Shown in pieces: positions 44,492 to 53,741 of a DNA stretch of 64,000 nucleotides. This DNA is from Acidobacteriota bacterium. Lineage in GTDB: Bacteria > Acidobacteriota > UBA6911 > RPQK01 > G965218465. Positions within the stretch are counted from its first letter, which is position 1. Every line of letters starts with the position of its first letter. Both the position numbers and the translations under genes were made by a program. Below the pieces are notes generated by a model. It saw only the letters and a program-made list of their open reading frames with translations, was not told the origin of the DNA and did no database searches. Location: NCBI GenBank assembly GCA_965218465.1, contig OZ244623.1, positions 3,032,237 to 3,096,236 of the forward strand. Reading direction: 5' to 3'.

Positions 44492-45877
44492 CTAGTTCAG
44501 GTCATCCTCTTCCGGCATGAGCACAAACTCGGGATAGGCCTCCATGCCCAACTCCCCGACGTCTTGACCCAGTCGTTCGACTTGGCGCGATACGCGGACA
44601 CTCAGAGTTATAGCTATCAAACGCCACAGCAGCCACGAGGTCGCGAACACAAACGCCCCAACCGCTCCCACACCCAGCAGTTGCACGCCGAGGTTTCCGC
44701 CGCCGGCGATGCAAACCGCCAGGGTTCCCCAGATACCGGCGAACAGATGGGCGGGCACCGCCCCGACGACATCGTCGATCTTGACGCTTTCCAGCAACTT
44801 GATCCCCGCGGTGCACACGATTGCACCGACGGCGCCAATGATGATCGCCCAATGGTGGGTGACGATGGCAGGGCCGGCGGTAATGGAGACTAGTCCCGCA
44901 ATGGCGCCGTTCAAGGTAGCGAACAGATCCATGCGCCCCAGGATAGGCCGGGAAACAATGAGGGCGGCTACGACGCCGGCTGCCGCCGCCAAGTTGGTGT
45001 TGACCAGGACATGACTCATGGCCAACACGTCGGCGGCACTCCCCAGCGCCAGTTGCGATCCGCCGTTGAAGCCGAACCAGCCGAACCAGAGGATAAACAC
45101 CCCCAAAGTCACCACCGGGACGTTGGAGGGCGGCGTGGGCTTGACCGTGCCGTCGCTCCGGAACTTGCCTAGCCGCGGTCCTACAACCAGCGCGCCCGCC
45201 AGCGCCGCCCAGCCACCGGTGCTATGGACTATGGTCGAGCCGGCGAAATCCTGGAACCCCAGTGCATTCAGCCACCCGCCACCCCAAGTCCAGGCACCGA
45301 CCATCGGATAGATGACTGCGGTCAGCACCAGCGTAAAGAGGAAGAACGACCACATCTTGACTCGTTCGGCCAGCGCGCCGGAAACGATGGAGGCGGCGGT
45401 CGCCACGAAGACCATCTGGAAGAACCAGTCCGACATGGTGGAATAGCCGTTTGCAATCACGGAGGCCTGTGCCCCCTCTTGTCCTGCCGCCAAGGCGAGA
45501 TCATGGGCCGACGGCCCGTAGAGAAACTTGAACGATCCGACCAAGCTTCCCACGTCGACATACATGAGGTTATAGCCGATGAGGTAGTAGGCCAGCCCGG
45601 CTACGGAGTAAAGGCCGATGTTCTTCATGCAGATCATGGAGGAGTTCTTGGTGCGCACGGATCCGGTCTCGAGCATAGTGAACCCTGCACACATCCACAT
45701 GACCATCGCACCCCAAACCAAAAGCGAGAAGGTGTTGAAGATGAACAGGATCTCCTCGTCAACCGCTGCTTGGGCGGTAGTTGTGCCGCACAACAGGCAA
45801 ACGACCACAACCAAAGTCCTTCCTGCAAAGCTGCCTCCGAGGCGTTGGTGCAGCGGGGCTCTTGTATCCTTTCTCAT
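44492..45877 (-). CDS. amt: Ammonium transporter (Amt family)
   Basis: AGFTMLETGSVRTKN, FFQMVF, SGALAER, DFAGSTIVH, WFGWFGFNGGS, IDDVVGAVPAH (twin His). Confidence 0.95.
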   Translation of the reverse strand: MRKDTRAPLHQRLGGSFAGRTLVVVVCLLCGTTTAQAAVDEEILFIFNTFSLLVWGAMVMWMCAGFTMLETGSVRTKNSSMICMKNIGLYSVAGLAYYLIGYNLMYVDVGSLVGSFKFLYGPSAHDLALAAGQEGAQASVIANGYSTMSDWFFQMVFVATAASIVSGALAERVKMWSFFLFTLVLTAVIYPMVGAWTWGGGWLNALGFQDFAGSTIVHSTGGWAALAGALVVGPRLGKFRSDGTVKPTPPSNVPVVTLGVFILWFGWFGFNGGSQLALGSAADVLAMSHVLVNTNLAAAAGVVAALIVSRPILGRMDLFATLNGAIAGLVSITAGPAIVTHHWAIIIGAVGAIVCTAGIKLLESVKIDDVVGAVPAHLFAGIWGTLAVCIAGGGNLGVQLLGVGAVGAFVFATSWLLWRLIAITLSVRVSRQVERLGQDVGELGMEAYPEFVLMPEEDDLN

Positions 45878-45958
45878 AAGCTACCTCCCAAGTTGCAGTC
45901 GAGTCACACAAGCAAGATCAGTGATTGCGCATTGCACAAAAATAGAGAGCTCTTTTGC

Positions 45959-47392
45959 TCAGTCTCCCAACACCCACAGGTCCTTGCCGCCTCCCCCCTG
46001 ACCGGAGTTCACCACCAAGCTGCCCTGACGCAGGGCAACGCGACAGAAGGCTCCGGGCACGATACGGATCTGGCGGCCTTGGAGCACAAACGGCCGCAGA
46101 TCGACATGGCGCGGCGCGGCCCGGCCTTCGATTACACAGGGGGCGCGTGAGAGTGGCAGCACCGGCTGAGAAATAAAGTCGGCCGGATTGGCCCGCACCT
46201 GCTTGGCGTAGGCCTCGCGTTCCTCCGGCGTCGCGTGGGGACCGACCAGCATGCCGTAACCCCCGGACTCTCCTACGCGCTTCACCACCAAGTTCTCCAA
46301 GTTGTCGAGGGTGTACTCAAGACCCTCGGGGCGACGGCAGAGGTGAGTCTTCACGTTATCTATAAGAGGTTCTTCACCCAAGTAATAGCGGATCATGTCT
46401 GGAACATAGGCGTAGACGCTCTTGTCGTCGGCGACACCCGTCCCGGGTGCGTTCACCAGGGAGACATTGCCGCGCTTATAGGCGTGAATCAACCCGGGTA
46501 CGCCGAGCAGAGAGTCCGGGCGGAAGACCAGCGGATCGAGAAAGTCGTCGTCTACTCGCCGATAGATCACGTCGACACGCCGCAGGCCCGCGGTGGTGCG
46601 CATGTAAACAACACCATCGTTGACTAGAAGGTCGCGGCCTTCGACCAGTTCCGCGCCAATCTCGCGGGCCAGAAACATGTGCTCGTAGAAGGCAGAGTTG
46701 TAAACCCCGGGCGTCAGCAGTGCGATGCAGGGGTCGGATTGCCCCCTTGGGGAAAGCTCTCTTAGGGTCTGGCGCAAGACGCGTCCATAGTGCTCCACTT
46801 CTCGCACCCGAGAGCTTCGGTAGAGAAGGCGCAGGCTAGCCTTCACCGCCTTACGATTGGCAACCATGTACGAAACCCCCGAGGGAACCCGCAGGTTGTC
46901 CTCCAGCACCTGGAACCCATCGTTAGTGCGGACCAAGTCGGTGCCGCAAACACCCACCCAGATGCCATGGGGCACGGAGACACCGCGCATCTCGATGCGG
47001 TACTGGGGACAACTTCGCACCACGTCCGCCGGGATGACTCCTTCCGTAATGATACGAGCCTCGTTGTAAATGTCCCCCAGAAAAGTGTTCAGCGCGCTAA
47101 GTCGCTGGGTCAGGCCAGCTTCGATTTGACGCCACTCGTTGCCTGAGAGAATCCGGGGCACGCAGTCGATGGGGATGATGCGTTCCTCGGCTTCTTCGTC
47201 GCCGTAAACGGTAAAAGTGATGCCTTCGTTGGAGAAAGAGCGCGTTACGCGTTCCTGGATGCTGCCAACTTCCTCGGCAGCGAGCTGGCTCAGCGTTTCA
47301 TAGAGCAACTGACAATCTTCCCGAGGCGCGCCGTCCGGCAAGAACATTTCGTCGTAGATATGCGGATCGAGATCGTAGGCCTCAAAATCCAT
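45959..47392 (-). CDS. Circularly permuted type 2 ATP-grasp protein
   Basis: YDEM, GITFTVY, VLEDNLRVPSGVSY, LTPGVYNSAFYEH, VDVIYRRVDDDFLDP, NAPGTGVADDK, SGGYG, RHVDLRPF, VVNSGQGGGGKD. Confidence 0.93.
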   Translation of the reverse strand: MDFEAYDLDPHIYDEMFLPDGAPREDCQLLYETLSQLAAEEVGSIQERVTRSFSNEGITFTVYGDEEAEERIIPIDCVPRILSGNEWRQIEAGLTQRLSALNTFLGDIYNEARIITEGVIPADVVRSCPQYRIEMRGVSVPHGIWVGVCGTDLVRTNDGFQVLEDNLRVPSGVSYMVANRKAVKASLRLLYRSSRVREVEHYGRVLRQTLRELSPRGQSDPCIALLTPGVYNSAFYEHMFLAREIGAELVEGRDLLVNDGVVYMRTTAGLRRVDVIYRRVDDDFLDPLVFRPDSLLGVPGLIHAYKRGNVSLVNAPGTGVADDKSVYAYVPDMIRYYLGEEPLIDNVKTHLCRRPEGLEYTLDNLENLVVKRVGESGGYGMLVGPHATPEEREAYAKQVRANPADFISQPVLPLSRAPCVIEGRAAPRHVDLRPFVLQGRQIRIVPGAFCRVALRQGSLVVNSGQGGGGKDLWVLGD

Positions 47393-47671
47393 TGCAACGA
47401 ATCAACAGCCGACTCGAGTAAATTCCAGAATATTGGGTCGCCTTGACTAAGGCTCCTCAAGCACCGAATCATACCGCACTGGCTGAATTTTCTCCAACTG
47501 ATTCCAAGACCTGCATACGCGACCGGTCCGCAACCTCACCATAAGAACGAAAGAGCTGCACTGAATAGCCCCCCCCCGACGGGGACAGCGGATGGCAGTG
47601 CCGGTCATTCCCAAAACTGTCAGCTAGGGAACGGCTTGGCGTTCGGTTGCTGGAACCTCACCGGCAAGGAG

Positions 47672-49885
47672 CTAGCTTGATGGAGAAGTCGGGGCTCCTC
47701 CCGGATTGGGCTCATCGCCGCCTTCCGTGTTGGTGGAAGGGCGTTTCAAAGGGATCTCGACGATCATTTCGGTGAACTCGCCGGGTTGGGACTCGACTCG
47801 AATGGTCCCTCCGTGCTCGCGCACGATATCGTTGGAGAGCGCAAGGCCAAGCCCAGTGCCTTGGTCCGTGGGCTTGGTGGTGAAAAAGGGATTGAAGATC
47901 TTGTCAATGATGTGGGGTGGAATCCCATCCCCATTGTCCTTGATGCGGATCTCCACCCGGTCCTCTCTACGCCGGGTGGAGAGCCACAATGTCGGAGAAT
48001 AGACCGCCCCCCCTTTTTCCCCGGCAGCAGCACGGCGTTTTTGGTCGGTCGCGTGGCCGGCGTTGCTCACCATGTTCAAGAAAACACGACCTAGGTCCTG
48101 TGGAATAACTTCAAGCCGCCCCATCTGCGGGTCCAGATCCTGCTTCATGTCGAGTTGGAAATCCGGATCGGTCGCCCGTGCGCTGTGGTAGGCGAGCCGG
48201 GCGTGCTCGTCGAGCAAATTGTTGATGTCGGCGGCCTGCCAATCGCCTGAACCACGACCCATCATGAGCATGTCGTTAACGATCCGGTTAGCCCGTTCGC
48301 CATGTTCAAGGATACGGCGCAAATTGTCTGTGAGGTCCTGGATAAGCTCCTCGATCAGCTTGCGCTGGTCGGCGCTTAGCTTCTCGGCGTCTTCCTCGAG
48401 GGTCTCCTGGAGTTCCTCCAAAAGTTCCTCCGAGGCTTCCGAGAAGTTCTTGACGAAGTTCAGCGGGTTCTTGATCTCGTGGGCGACACCCGCGGTCAGC
48501 TCACCGAGCGCTGCCAGTTTCTCACGCATGACGATCTGGTCCTGAGCCCGCCGCAAGTCAGCGAGCACGCTTTCCAGCTGGGTGTTCTTCCCCCGCAACT
48601 CTTCCGCCAGTTTTTCCACCAAGTTCAGGCGCTGAACCTCCAAGGCGTGTCGACGGAATACCTCCAAAGCCGCAGCCATGTCCGCCACCTCGTCGCGTCC
48701 TTCAATCTCGACCTTACCCTCCAAGTCGCCGTCAGCCATTCGGCGCATCCGTTCCGACAAGAGCGCCAGACGGCGCAACAATATCCGGCCGACGATAAGC
48801 CAAGCGATAAGCAAGGCACCGACGATGCTGAGCCCGTTAATGGACAACAGGAGGGTGCGTCCTGTCAGAATGGCCTGCGTGGAAGCGCGAGTGGCTTCCT
48901 CTGCGCCGGCACGAGACTCGTTCACCAAGCCATCGACCTCGGCGACCAAGTTGATGGCGATGCCGCGATTTTGCGCCAGAAGATCCCGTTGGCGCTGCGC
49001 GAGGTTCAGTTCCCGGACCAGCAAATTCAAGCAGCCCTGCTCTCCGACTCCCAACTTGAACAGCTGGTCGAAGATAGGGGAAACTTCGGTACGCAACGAG
49101 GTTTCTCCAAGCGCCGACAGACTGCGCTCAATACGATTGGCGGAGGCCTCGAAACGCTCCCGCAGTGGCTCAATCAAGGAGGCGTCCGAGACGGTGAAAG
49201 CACTGGCCAGAAGCTGGGTTGCGATGTTGGCGTCGGCCTGCAGATCGGCCAGATGGCGATAGCGGCGGAACTCATCCTCCGAGAAATGCTCCCCGCGAGG
49301 GGCCGGAGGTTGGCCCAGTCTACGGTAGCCGGTCATGGTGTAGAAGAATTGGTCATCAATGGCCGGAAAGACGACACCATCCAGGCGACCACGCAGTTCC
49401 GCAAGCTCCGTTCGCAAAGCTGCACTCCGCTCGGTCAGCTCAAGGAACTCCGCCATCTCGTCCTGAATGGCGCCAATGTTGGAAATCAGCGTGTCGGCGT
49501 GAGCACGGATGCGCGCAAAGCGTTCATCCTCCGAATCTCTCCGCTCCAGGATGGCCAACTGTTCCTCGAGGGCGGTATGCGCGTCAGCGATGCTGGAAGC
49601 CACCCGGGAAAAGTCCTCGGAGGTCTCGGCAGTGGTTAGCCGCGGAGCTGCCGCCACCAGGGTACCGCTGTACTGTGCAACTCCAAAGGCAGCCGCCATC
49701 TCAGGGACACTGCCTTCATTGACACGACGCTGGACATCGCCTACGCGATCGAACGAAAACCAGCCAACCAGACTTGCGGCCATGGTTAGGGCAACAGCTC
49801 CTCCGATCGTGAGGTAGAGATGAGTCGATATCCGGAAGCGGACTTTCAGCAGCGTCGGGAGCAAGCGTTTCAGTCGGTCGATCAC
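47672..49885 (-). CDS. Sensor histidine kinase (large helical periplasmic domain, HAMP, HisKA, HATPase)
   Basis: GTG start at 49885 overlaps the upstream stop; two TMs; HAMP (GRDEVADMA); LGELTAGVAHEIKNPLN; DNGDG; NPFFTTK; GTGLGL. Confidence 0.92.
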   Translation of the reverse strand: MIDRLKRLLPTLLKVRFRISTHLYLTIGGAVALTMAASLVGWFSFDRVGDVQRRVNEGSVPEMAAAFGVAQYSGTLVAAAPRLTTAETSEDFSRVASSIADAHTALEEQLAILERRDSEDERFARIRAHADTLISNIGAIQDEMAEFLELTERSAALRTELAELRGRLDGVVFPAIDDQFFYTMTGYRRLGQPPAPRGEHFSEDEFRRYRHLADLQADANIATQLLASAFTVSDASLIEPLRERFEASANRIERSLSALGETSLRTEVSPIFDQLFKLGVGEQGCLNLLVRELNLAQRQRDLLAQNRGIAINLVAEVDGLVNESRAGAEEATRASTQAILTGRTLLLSINGLSIVGALLIAWLIVGRILLRRLALLSERMRRMADGDLEGKVEIEGRDEVADMAAALEVFRRHALEVQRLNLVEKLAEELRGKNTQLESVLADLRRAQDQIVMREKLAALGELTAGVAHEIKNPLNFVKNFSEASEELLEELQETLEEDAEKLSADQRKLIEELIQDLTDNLRRILEHGERANRIVNDMLMMGRGSGDWQAADINNLLDEHARLAYHSARATDPDFQLDMKQDLDPQMGRLEVIPQDLGRVFLNMVSNAGHATDQKRRAAAGEKGGAVYSPTLWLSTRRREDRVEIRIKDNGDGIPPHIIDKIFNPFFTTKPTDQGTGLGLALSNDIVREHGGTIRVESQPGEFTEMIVEIPLKRPSTNTEGGDEPNPGGAPTSPSS

Positions 49886-51066
49886 GGCTGCGTGTCCCGC
49901 AGTGAGTTGATAGGTCGATAACGCCCGTCTCGACCGATCACGGTCAGGAAAACGGCGTCCGATCCCTGGTTGTCTCCTTTGCCGTACTGGAGTCGGAACC
50001 CGTCGAGGTCGATTCCGTCGGTGTGGCGCAAGCGGTCTAGAAAGCAGGTTCGATCGACCTCCCTGCCACACTTTCTCAGGCCGGTAATAGCCAGTCGGCC
50101 AGCCAGATAGCCCTCAAAGGAGACAAAGCCGGGAACGGCGGCGGCAGCAAAGGCGGAAAGGGCGCGATGGTAGGCAGCCACGATGGGAAGAGACCTGTCG
50201 GTTGGGAAGGGTACCACCTGAGTGACGAAAACTCCGGCACCACGGGGACCGAGTTCCTTCGTCAAGGCATTGCTGCCCACGAAGGAAATATTCACGAATA
50301 CGGCATCCAATCCCATATACCGCGCCCAGGAAATGAACGCTGCCAGGGGCTGGTAAGCTCCGATAAGAATCACGGCTTTGGGGGCTCCCTGGTAGACGTC
50401 CAGCAGAGCCATCTTTACCGCCAGCGTATTGCGGGGATACAAGCCGATGGCCACCGGCGTCATCTTTCTCCGCTCCAGCGCGGCCCGTACTCCCCGATAG
50501 CCGGCACGACCGAAGGAATCGTCCTGGTACAACACGGCGATACGCTTGATGCCCAGGTCCTCGGTCAAACGAGCGACCATTTCCTCAGTCTCCTGGTTGT
50601 AGGAGGCTCGCAGGTTGATCACGTTTTGCCACTTGGCGTCGCGCAGGAAGGCGGCGCCGGTGAAGGGAGCGATGTAGGGAACATCCGCCGCTGCGGCGAT
50701 GGGAACAGTCGAGCGCGCAGTCGGCGTCCCGACGGCGCCGATAAGCGCGAAAACCTCTCGCTCCCGGATCAGAGTGGTAGTGTTGGCGATGGCGGCTTCC
50801 GGCTCGTAGGCATCATCCAGAGCTATCAACTCCAACCGCCGACCATGAACGCCGCCGGCCCGGTTGGCCTCATGGAAAGCAGCCTCGATCCCGAGCCGCA
50901 TGTTTCTGCCCAGTTCTTGGGCAGGACCGCTGAAGGCAGCCGACTGTCCGAAGAGTATGCGTCCCTGGGAGACGCCCGGTTGCTGCGCTGTCACCGGCGT
51001 CGCCGCCGACAGCCACACCCCCGCCAGAGACAGCAGAGTTGCCGGTAGATGAAAGATCCGGGTCAT
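49882..51066 (-). CDS. Periplasmic ligand-binding protein, LIV-binding (type I PBP) family
   Basis: ATG at 51066 (TAATG overlap), signal peptide, GQSAAFSGP, GGVHGR, DDAYEP, GAVGTPT, YQDDSFG. Confidence 0.88.
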   Translation of the reverse strand: MTRIFHLPATLLSLAGVWLSAATPVTAQQPGVSQGRILFGQSAAFSGPAQELGRNMRLGIEAAFHEANRAGGVHGRRLELIALDDAYEPEAAIANTTTLIREREVFALIGAVGTPTARSTVPIAAAADVPYIAPFTGAAFLRDAKWQNVINLRASYNQETEEMVARLTEDLGIKRIAVLYQDDSFGRAGYRGVRAALERRKMTPVAIGLYPRNTLAVKMALLDVYQGAPKAVILIGAYQPLAAFISWARYMGLDAVFVNISFVGSNALTKELGPRGAGVFVTQVVPFPTDRSLPIVAAYHRALSAFAAAAVPGFVSFEGYLAGRLAITGLRKCGREVDRTCFLDRLRHTDGIDLDGFRLQYGKGDNQGSDAVFLTVIGRDGRYRPINSLRDTQP

Positions 51067-51611
51067 TAGACTCGCCCCTTGACCAGGGTGAGATGGTTTC
51101 TGCCTCCCTCCCGCCGATAGTGCAACTCGTCCATCATGGTGCGCACCAGATGGACGCCCAGCCCCCCCACGGACCGCTCCTCCACCCCCGACTCCAGATC
51201 GGGCGGGGGCGCATCCCTGAGCGGATCGAAAGGCAGACCGTTGTCCACGATCTCGATGGTCAGCGCATCCGCTTCCGAGGTCAGCCTGATCTCGATCTGC
51301 TGCAGATTTGCGCTCTTGCCGTGGTTGATGACGTTCAGCCCCAACTCCTCCAGAACCAATTCCACCTGAAAGAGCAAGTCGGCAGGCCATTGCTGCGCCT
51401 CCCCGAATTCCTCCACCGCAGCGGTAATGGTCTCCAATTCCTCGACTCTCGGGTCGACCTTCAGGACCAGTTTTCCGCTCAATGATCCCTCTCGCTGCGA
51501 TAGAGTGTCATGCAGGTGATGTCGTCCGATTGCGGCGTCTCACCCACGAAGTCTCTCACCGCTTCGAAAACCGCCCGGTTGGCCTCCCGGGAGTCCTTGG
51601 GCGCAGACGCC
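51048..51611. repeat. Direct repeat copy A (at least 564 bp)
   Basis: Matches 63437-64000 at offset 12389; 5 substitutions found by eye. Confidence 0.93.
51066..51482 (-). CDS. RsbW/SpoIIAB-like anti-sigma factor kinase (copy 1)
   Basis: LVLEELGLNVINHG, DNGLPFDP, GGLGVHLV, NHLTL. Confidence 0.88.
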   Translation of the reverse strand: MSGKLVLKVDPRVEELETITAAVEEFGEAQQWPADLLFQVELVLEELGLNVINHGKSANLQQIEIRLTSEADALTIEIVDNGLPFDPLRDAPPPDLESGVEERSVGGLGVHLVRTMMDELHYRREGGRNHLTLVKGRV

Positions 51612-52648
51612 GCAAAAATCTCGTACAGGCGATGCGTCCCAAACTCCTCGCCCGAACTGTCCATGGCCTCGGTGACGCCGTCGGTGTAAAACACCACCGT
51701 GTCGCCAGGCGAGAGAACCACCGTGTTCTCTCGAAACTCAAGACCGGGCATCACTCCCAGGGCAATCCCCTCCGTCAGGGGAAGCAGGGCCGAACTCCCG
51801 TCGGCATGGACAACGAGCGGCGAATTGTGCCCACCGTTGGCATAGGTCAGCTCCCCCGTGACCGGATCGTACACCGCGTACAGGACGGTGACGAACATGG
51901 AGGCCTCGTTGTCCTCGTTCAGCAGATCATTGACCTCGCGCAGCACTTGGCCTGGATAGACACTGCCGATGGCCGCACCCTTGAGCAGAGTCCGGCTGGA
52001 CATCATGAACAGCGCCGCAGGCACCCCCTTGTCCGACACGTCCGCAATGGCCAGACCAATCCGGTCTCCGTCAAGATGAATGACATCGAAAAAATCACCA
52101 CCCACGTTGCGCGCCGCCTCCATGCTGGCAAACACCTGGTAGTCATCACTCTCGGGAAACCGGTTGGGAAGAATCGATTGCTGCATCTGGTTGGCTACAT
52201 TGAGCTCGTTCTGCAGCGCCACCAGCTTGTCGCGCGAGGCAAGCGCCTCTCGCCACTCCATCATGTGGCGCACCGTCCGCTCGATGGTGACTCGCAGATC
52301 CTTGAAATCCAGCGGCTTGGTGACGAAGTCAAACGCCCCCCGGTTCATCGCCGTGCGGATGTTCTTCATGTCGCCATAGGCCGAAATGATGACGGACCGA
52401 ATGTTGGGATCCACCTTGGGAATCTGCTGCAACAGCGTCAGACCATCCATCTGAGGCATGTTGATGTCCGACAGCACCATGTCAATGCTGTGGTCCTGAT
52501 TCAGCAGTTCCAGCGCCTCCACGCCATTGTGGGCAAACACGAACTCATAGCGGCCAGCTCGTATGGCTCGCCGCATGCGCTGCAGCATCAGCGGCTCGAG
52601 ATCAGTCTCGTCGTCCACCACCAGGATCTTGCACGGCTGCTGTGTCAT
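51479..52648 (-). CDS. Response regulator with REC and SpoIIE/PP2C phosphatase domains (RsbU/RsbP-like)
   Basis: ILVVDDE, SDINMP, VTKP; VGGDFFD, IADVSDKG, NGGH, YTDGVTEA, DDIT. Confidence 0.92.
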   Translation of the reverse strand: MTQQPCKILVVDDETDLEPLMLQRMRRAIRAGRYEFVFAHNGVEALELLNQDHSIDMVLSDINMPQMDGLTLLQQIPKVDPNIRSVIISAYGDMKNIRTAMNRGAFDFVTKPLDFKDLRVTIERTVRHMMEWREALASRDKLVALQNELNVANQMQQSILPNRFPESDDYQVFASMEAARNVGGDFFDVIHLDGDRIGLAIADVSDKGVPAALFMMSSRTLLKGAAIGSVYPGQVLREVNDLLNEDNEASMFVTVLYAVYDPVTGELTYANGGHNSPLVVHADGSSALLPLTEGIALGVMPGLEFRENTVVLSPGDTVVFYTDGVTEAMDSSGEEFGTHRLYEIFAASAPKDSREANRAVFEAVRDFVGETPQSDDITCMTLYRSERDH

Positions 52649-52809
52649 GTCCCGTCCCTCGCCAATTCCGCCTCTGCCTTCAAAGAGCCGTGGGCAAAGA
52701 TTGTCGCCCCGTCCCGGCTATCGGCGGCGTTCTCCGGTCACAAAATGCTCCCGCCTCAGCCGGACGTCTCTATGGTCTCGGCGCCAAGCGGAACCCTCAT
52801 TACGGGCTC

Positions 52810-53148
52810 TTAACCACCGTGTGCCACGAGTGCTTCGGACCGGGAGGCATAGGTCGGGATGATCTTGCTGAAGCCGCTGATCTCAAAGACCTCATTGATG
52901 GGATCCGAGAGCGAGCAGACCACGAATTTCCCGCCCCGCTGCTGGAGCCTCTTGGCAACCAGCAGAAAAACGCGAAGACCCGCGCTGCTGATGTAGGAAA
53001 GAGCCGCCAAATCCAGGATCAAGACGCGATCGTTGTCGCCGATTGCAGCTCGGAGCGCGTCATCGAACTCACGGGCATTGGCTCCATCAACACGACCCTC
53101 CGCCCTGGCGATCAAGGTGCTGCCTTCCCGCTCGCTATGAATCTCCAT
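52810..53148 (-). CDS. STAS-domain anti-anti-sigma factor (RsbV/SpoIIAA-like)
   Basis: GRVDGANA, LDLAALSYISSAGLRV (phospho-Ser motif), VFEISGF. Confidence 0.9.
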   Translation of the reverse strand: MEIHSEREGSTLIARAEGRVDGANAREFDDALRAAIGDNDRVLILDLAALSYISSAGLRVFLLVAKRLQQRGGKFVVCSLSDPINEVFEISGFSKIIPTYASRSEALVAHGG

Positions 53149-53364
53149 TGACCATCACTCCTCGATTACAGCCTGAACCTCAAGATTGTCGTTCACCGAA
53201 TATTACCACCGGCGAACTGACAAGCAAAATCGTTTGGCCCTAGACCTAGAACAAGTTGGCAGCCATCCTTTCAGGTCGCGGGGAAGACAGCCGTGACCCA
53301 GCTCACTACGGCCCTGTTCCGCTGAGACTGAAACGTTCCCACCACCGGCATGGATTCAGGTGAC

Positions 53365-53582
53365 CCTAGTCAGGTCTATTCTGACGTGGTCGTTAGCCAA
53401 GATGACGAGTCAGCGCATGATGGTGGTGAGGGTGACCTTGAGTCGTTTACCTTTTAGCACAAAGCTGGTGATACTCTCGGCTGAGGTTCAGGTCGCAGCA
53501 CCCATGACCGCCCCCTTTGTTCTTGCCACTCAAGTGCTGGTTCAGCACCATGGGGATCATGCTCGCCCCAAGGCGCAAGTCC
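53365..53582 (-). mobile_element. Degraded IS110-family transposase C-terminal remnant
   Basis: Across frameshifts and a stop: GLAP, SGKNK/GRSWV, CDLNLSREYHQLCAK/GKRLKVTLTTIMR*LVILAN, resembling the IS110 GLAP..SG..GK..KVALTA.MRKL...AN pattern. Confidence 0.6.
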
Positions 53583-53741
53583 TCGTCTACAAAATTGTCG
53601 TGGACTAGGTTGTTCGGCGGGCGTTCGCAAGTCTCCATCTTGAGGGCACGCCCGAACCGCTGCCGTCAAACAACCGGTGTTGCGTAGTTCCGAGCGACTG
53701 GACCGCTCATGCACCGTAACCGACGACTACCACCCGACTGG

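Noticed and set aside
45880-45958. Possible NtrC box or sigma54 promoter upstream of amt (TGCACAAAAAT)
   Set aside because: Only a half-site is present and there is no correctly spaced GG-N10-GC
47635-47652. TGGCGTTCGGTTGC sigma54-like motif
   Set aside because: Spacing is one base short and it faces away from the ATP-grasp gene
49886-51390. Extended N-termini in the ORF track for the kinase (from 50071) and the binding protein (from 51390)
   Set aside because: They overlap upstream genes; coupled starts at 49885 and 51066 give proper TM or signal N-termini
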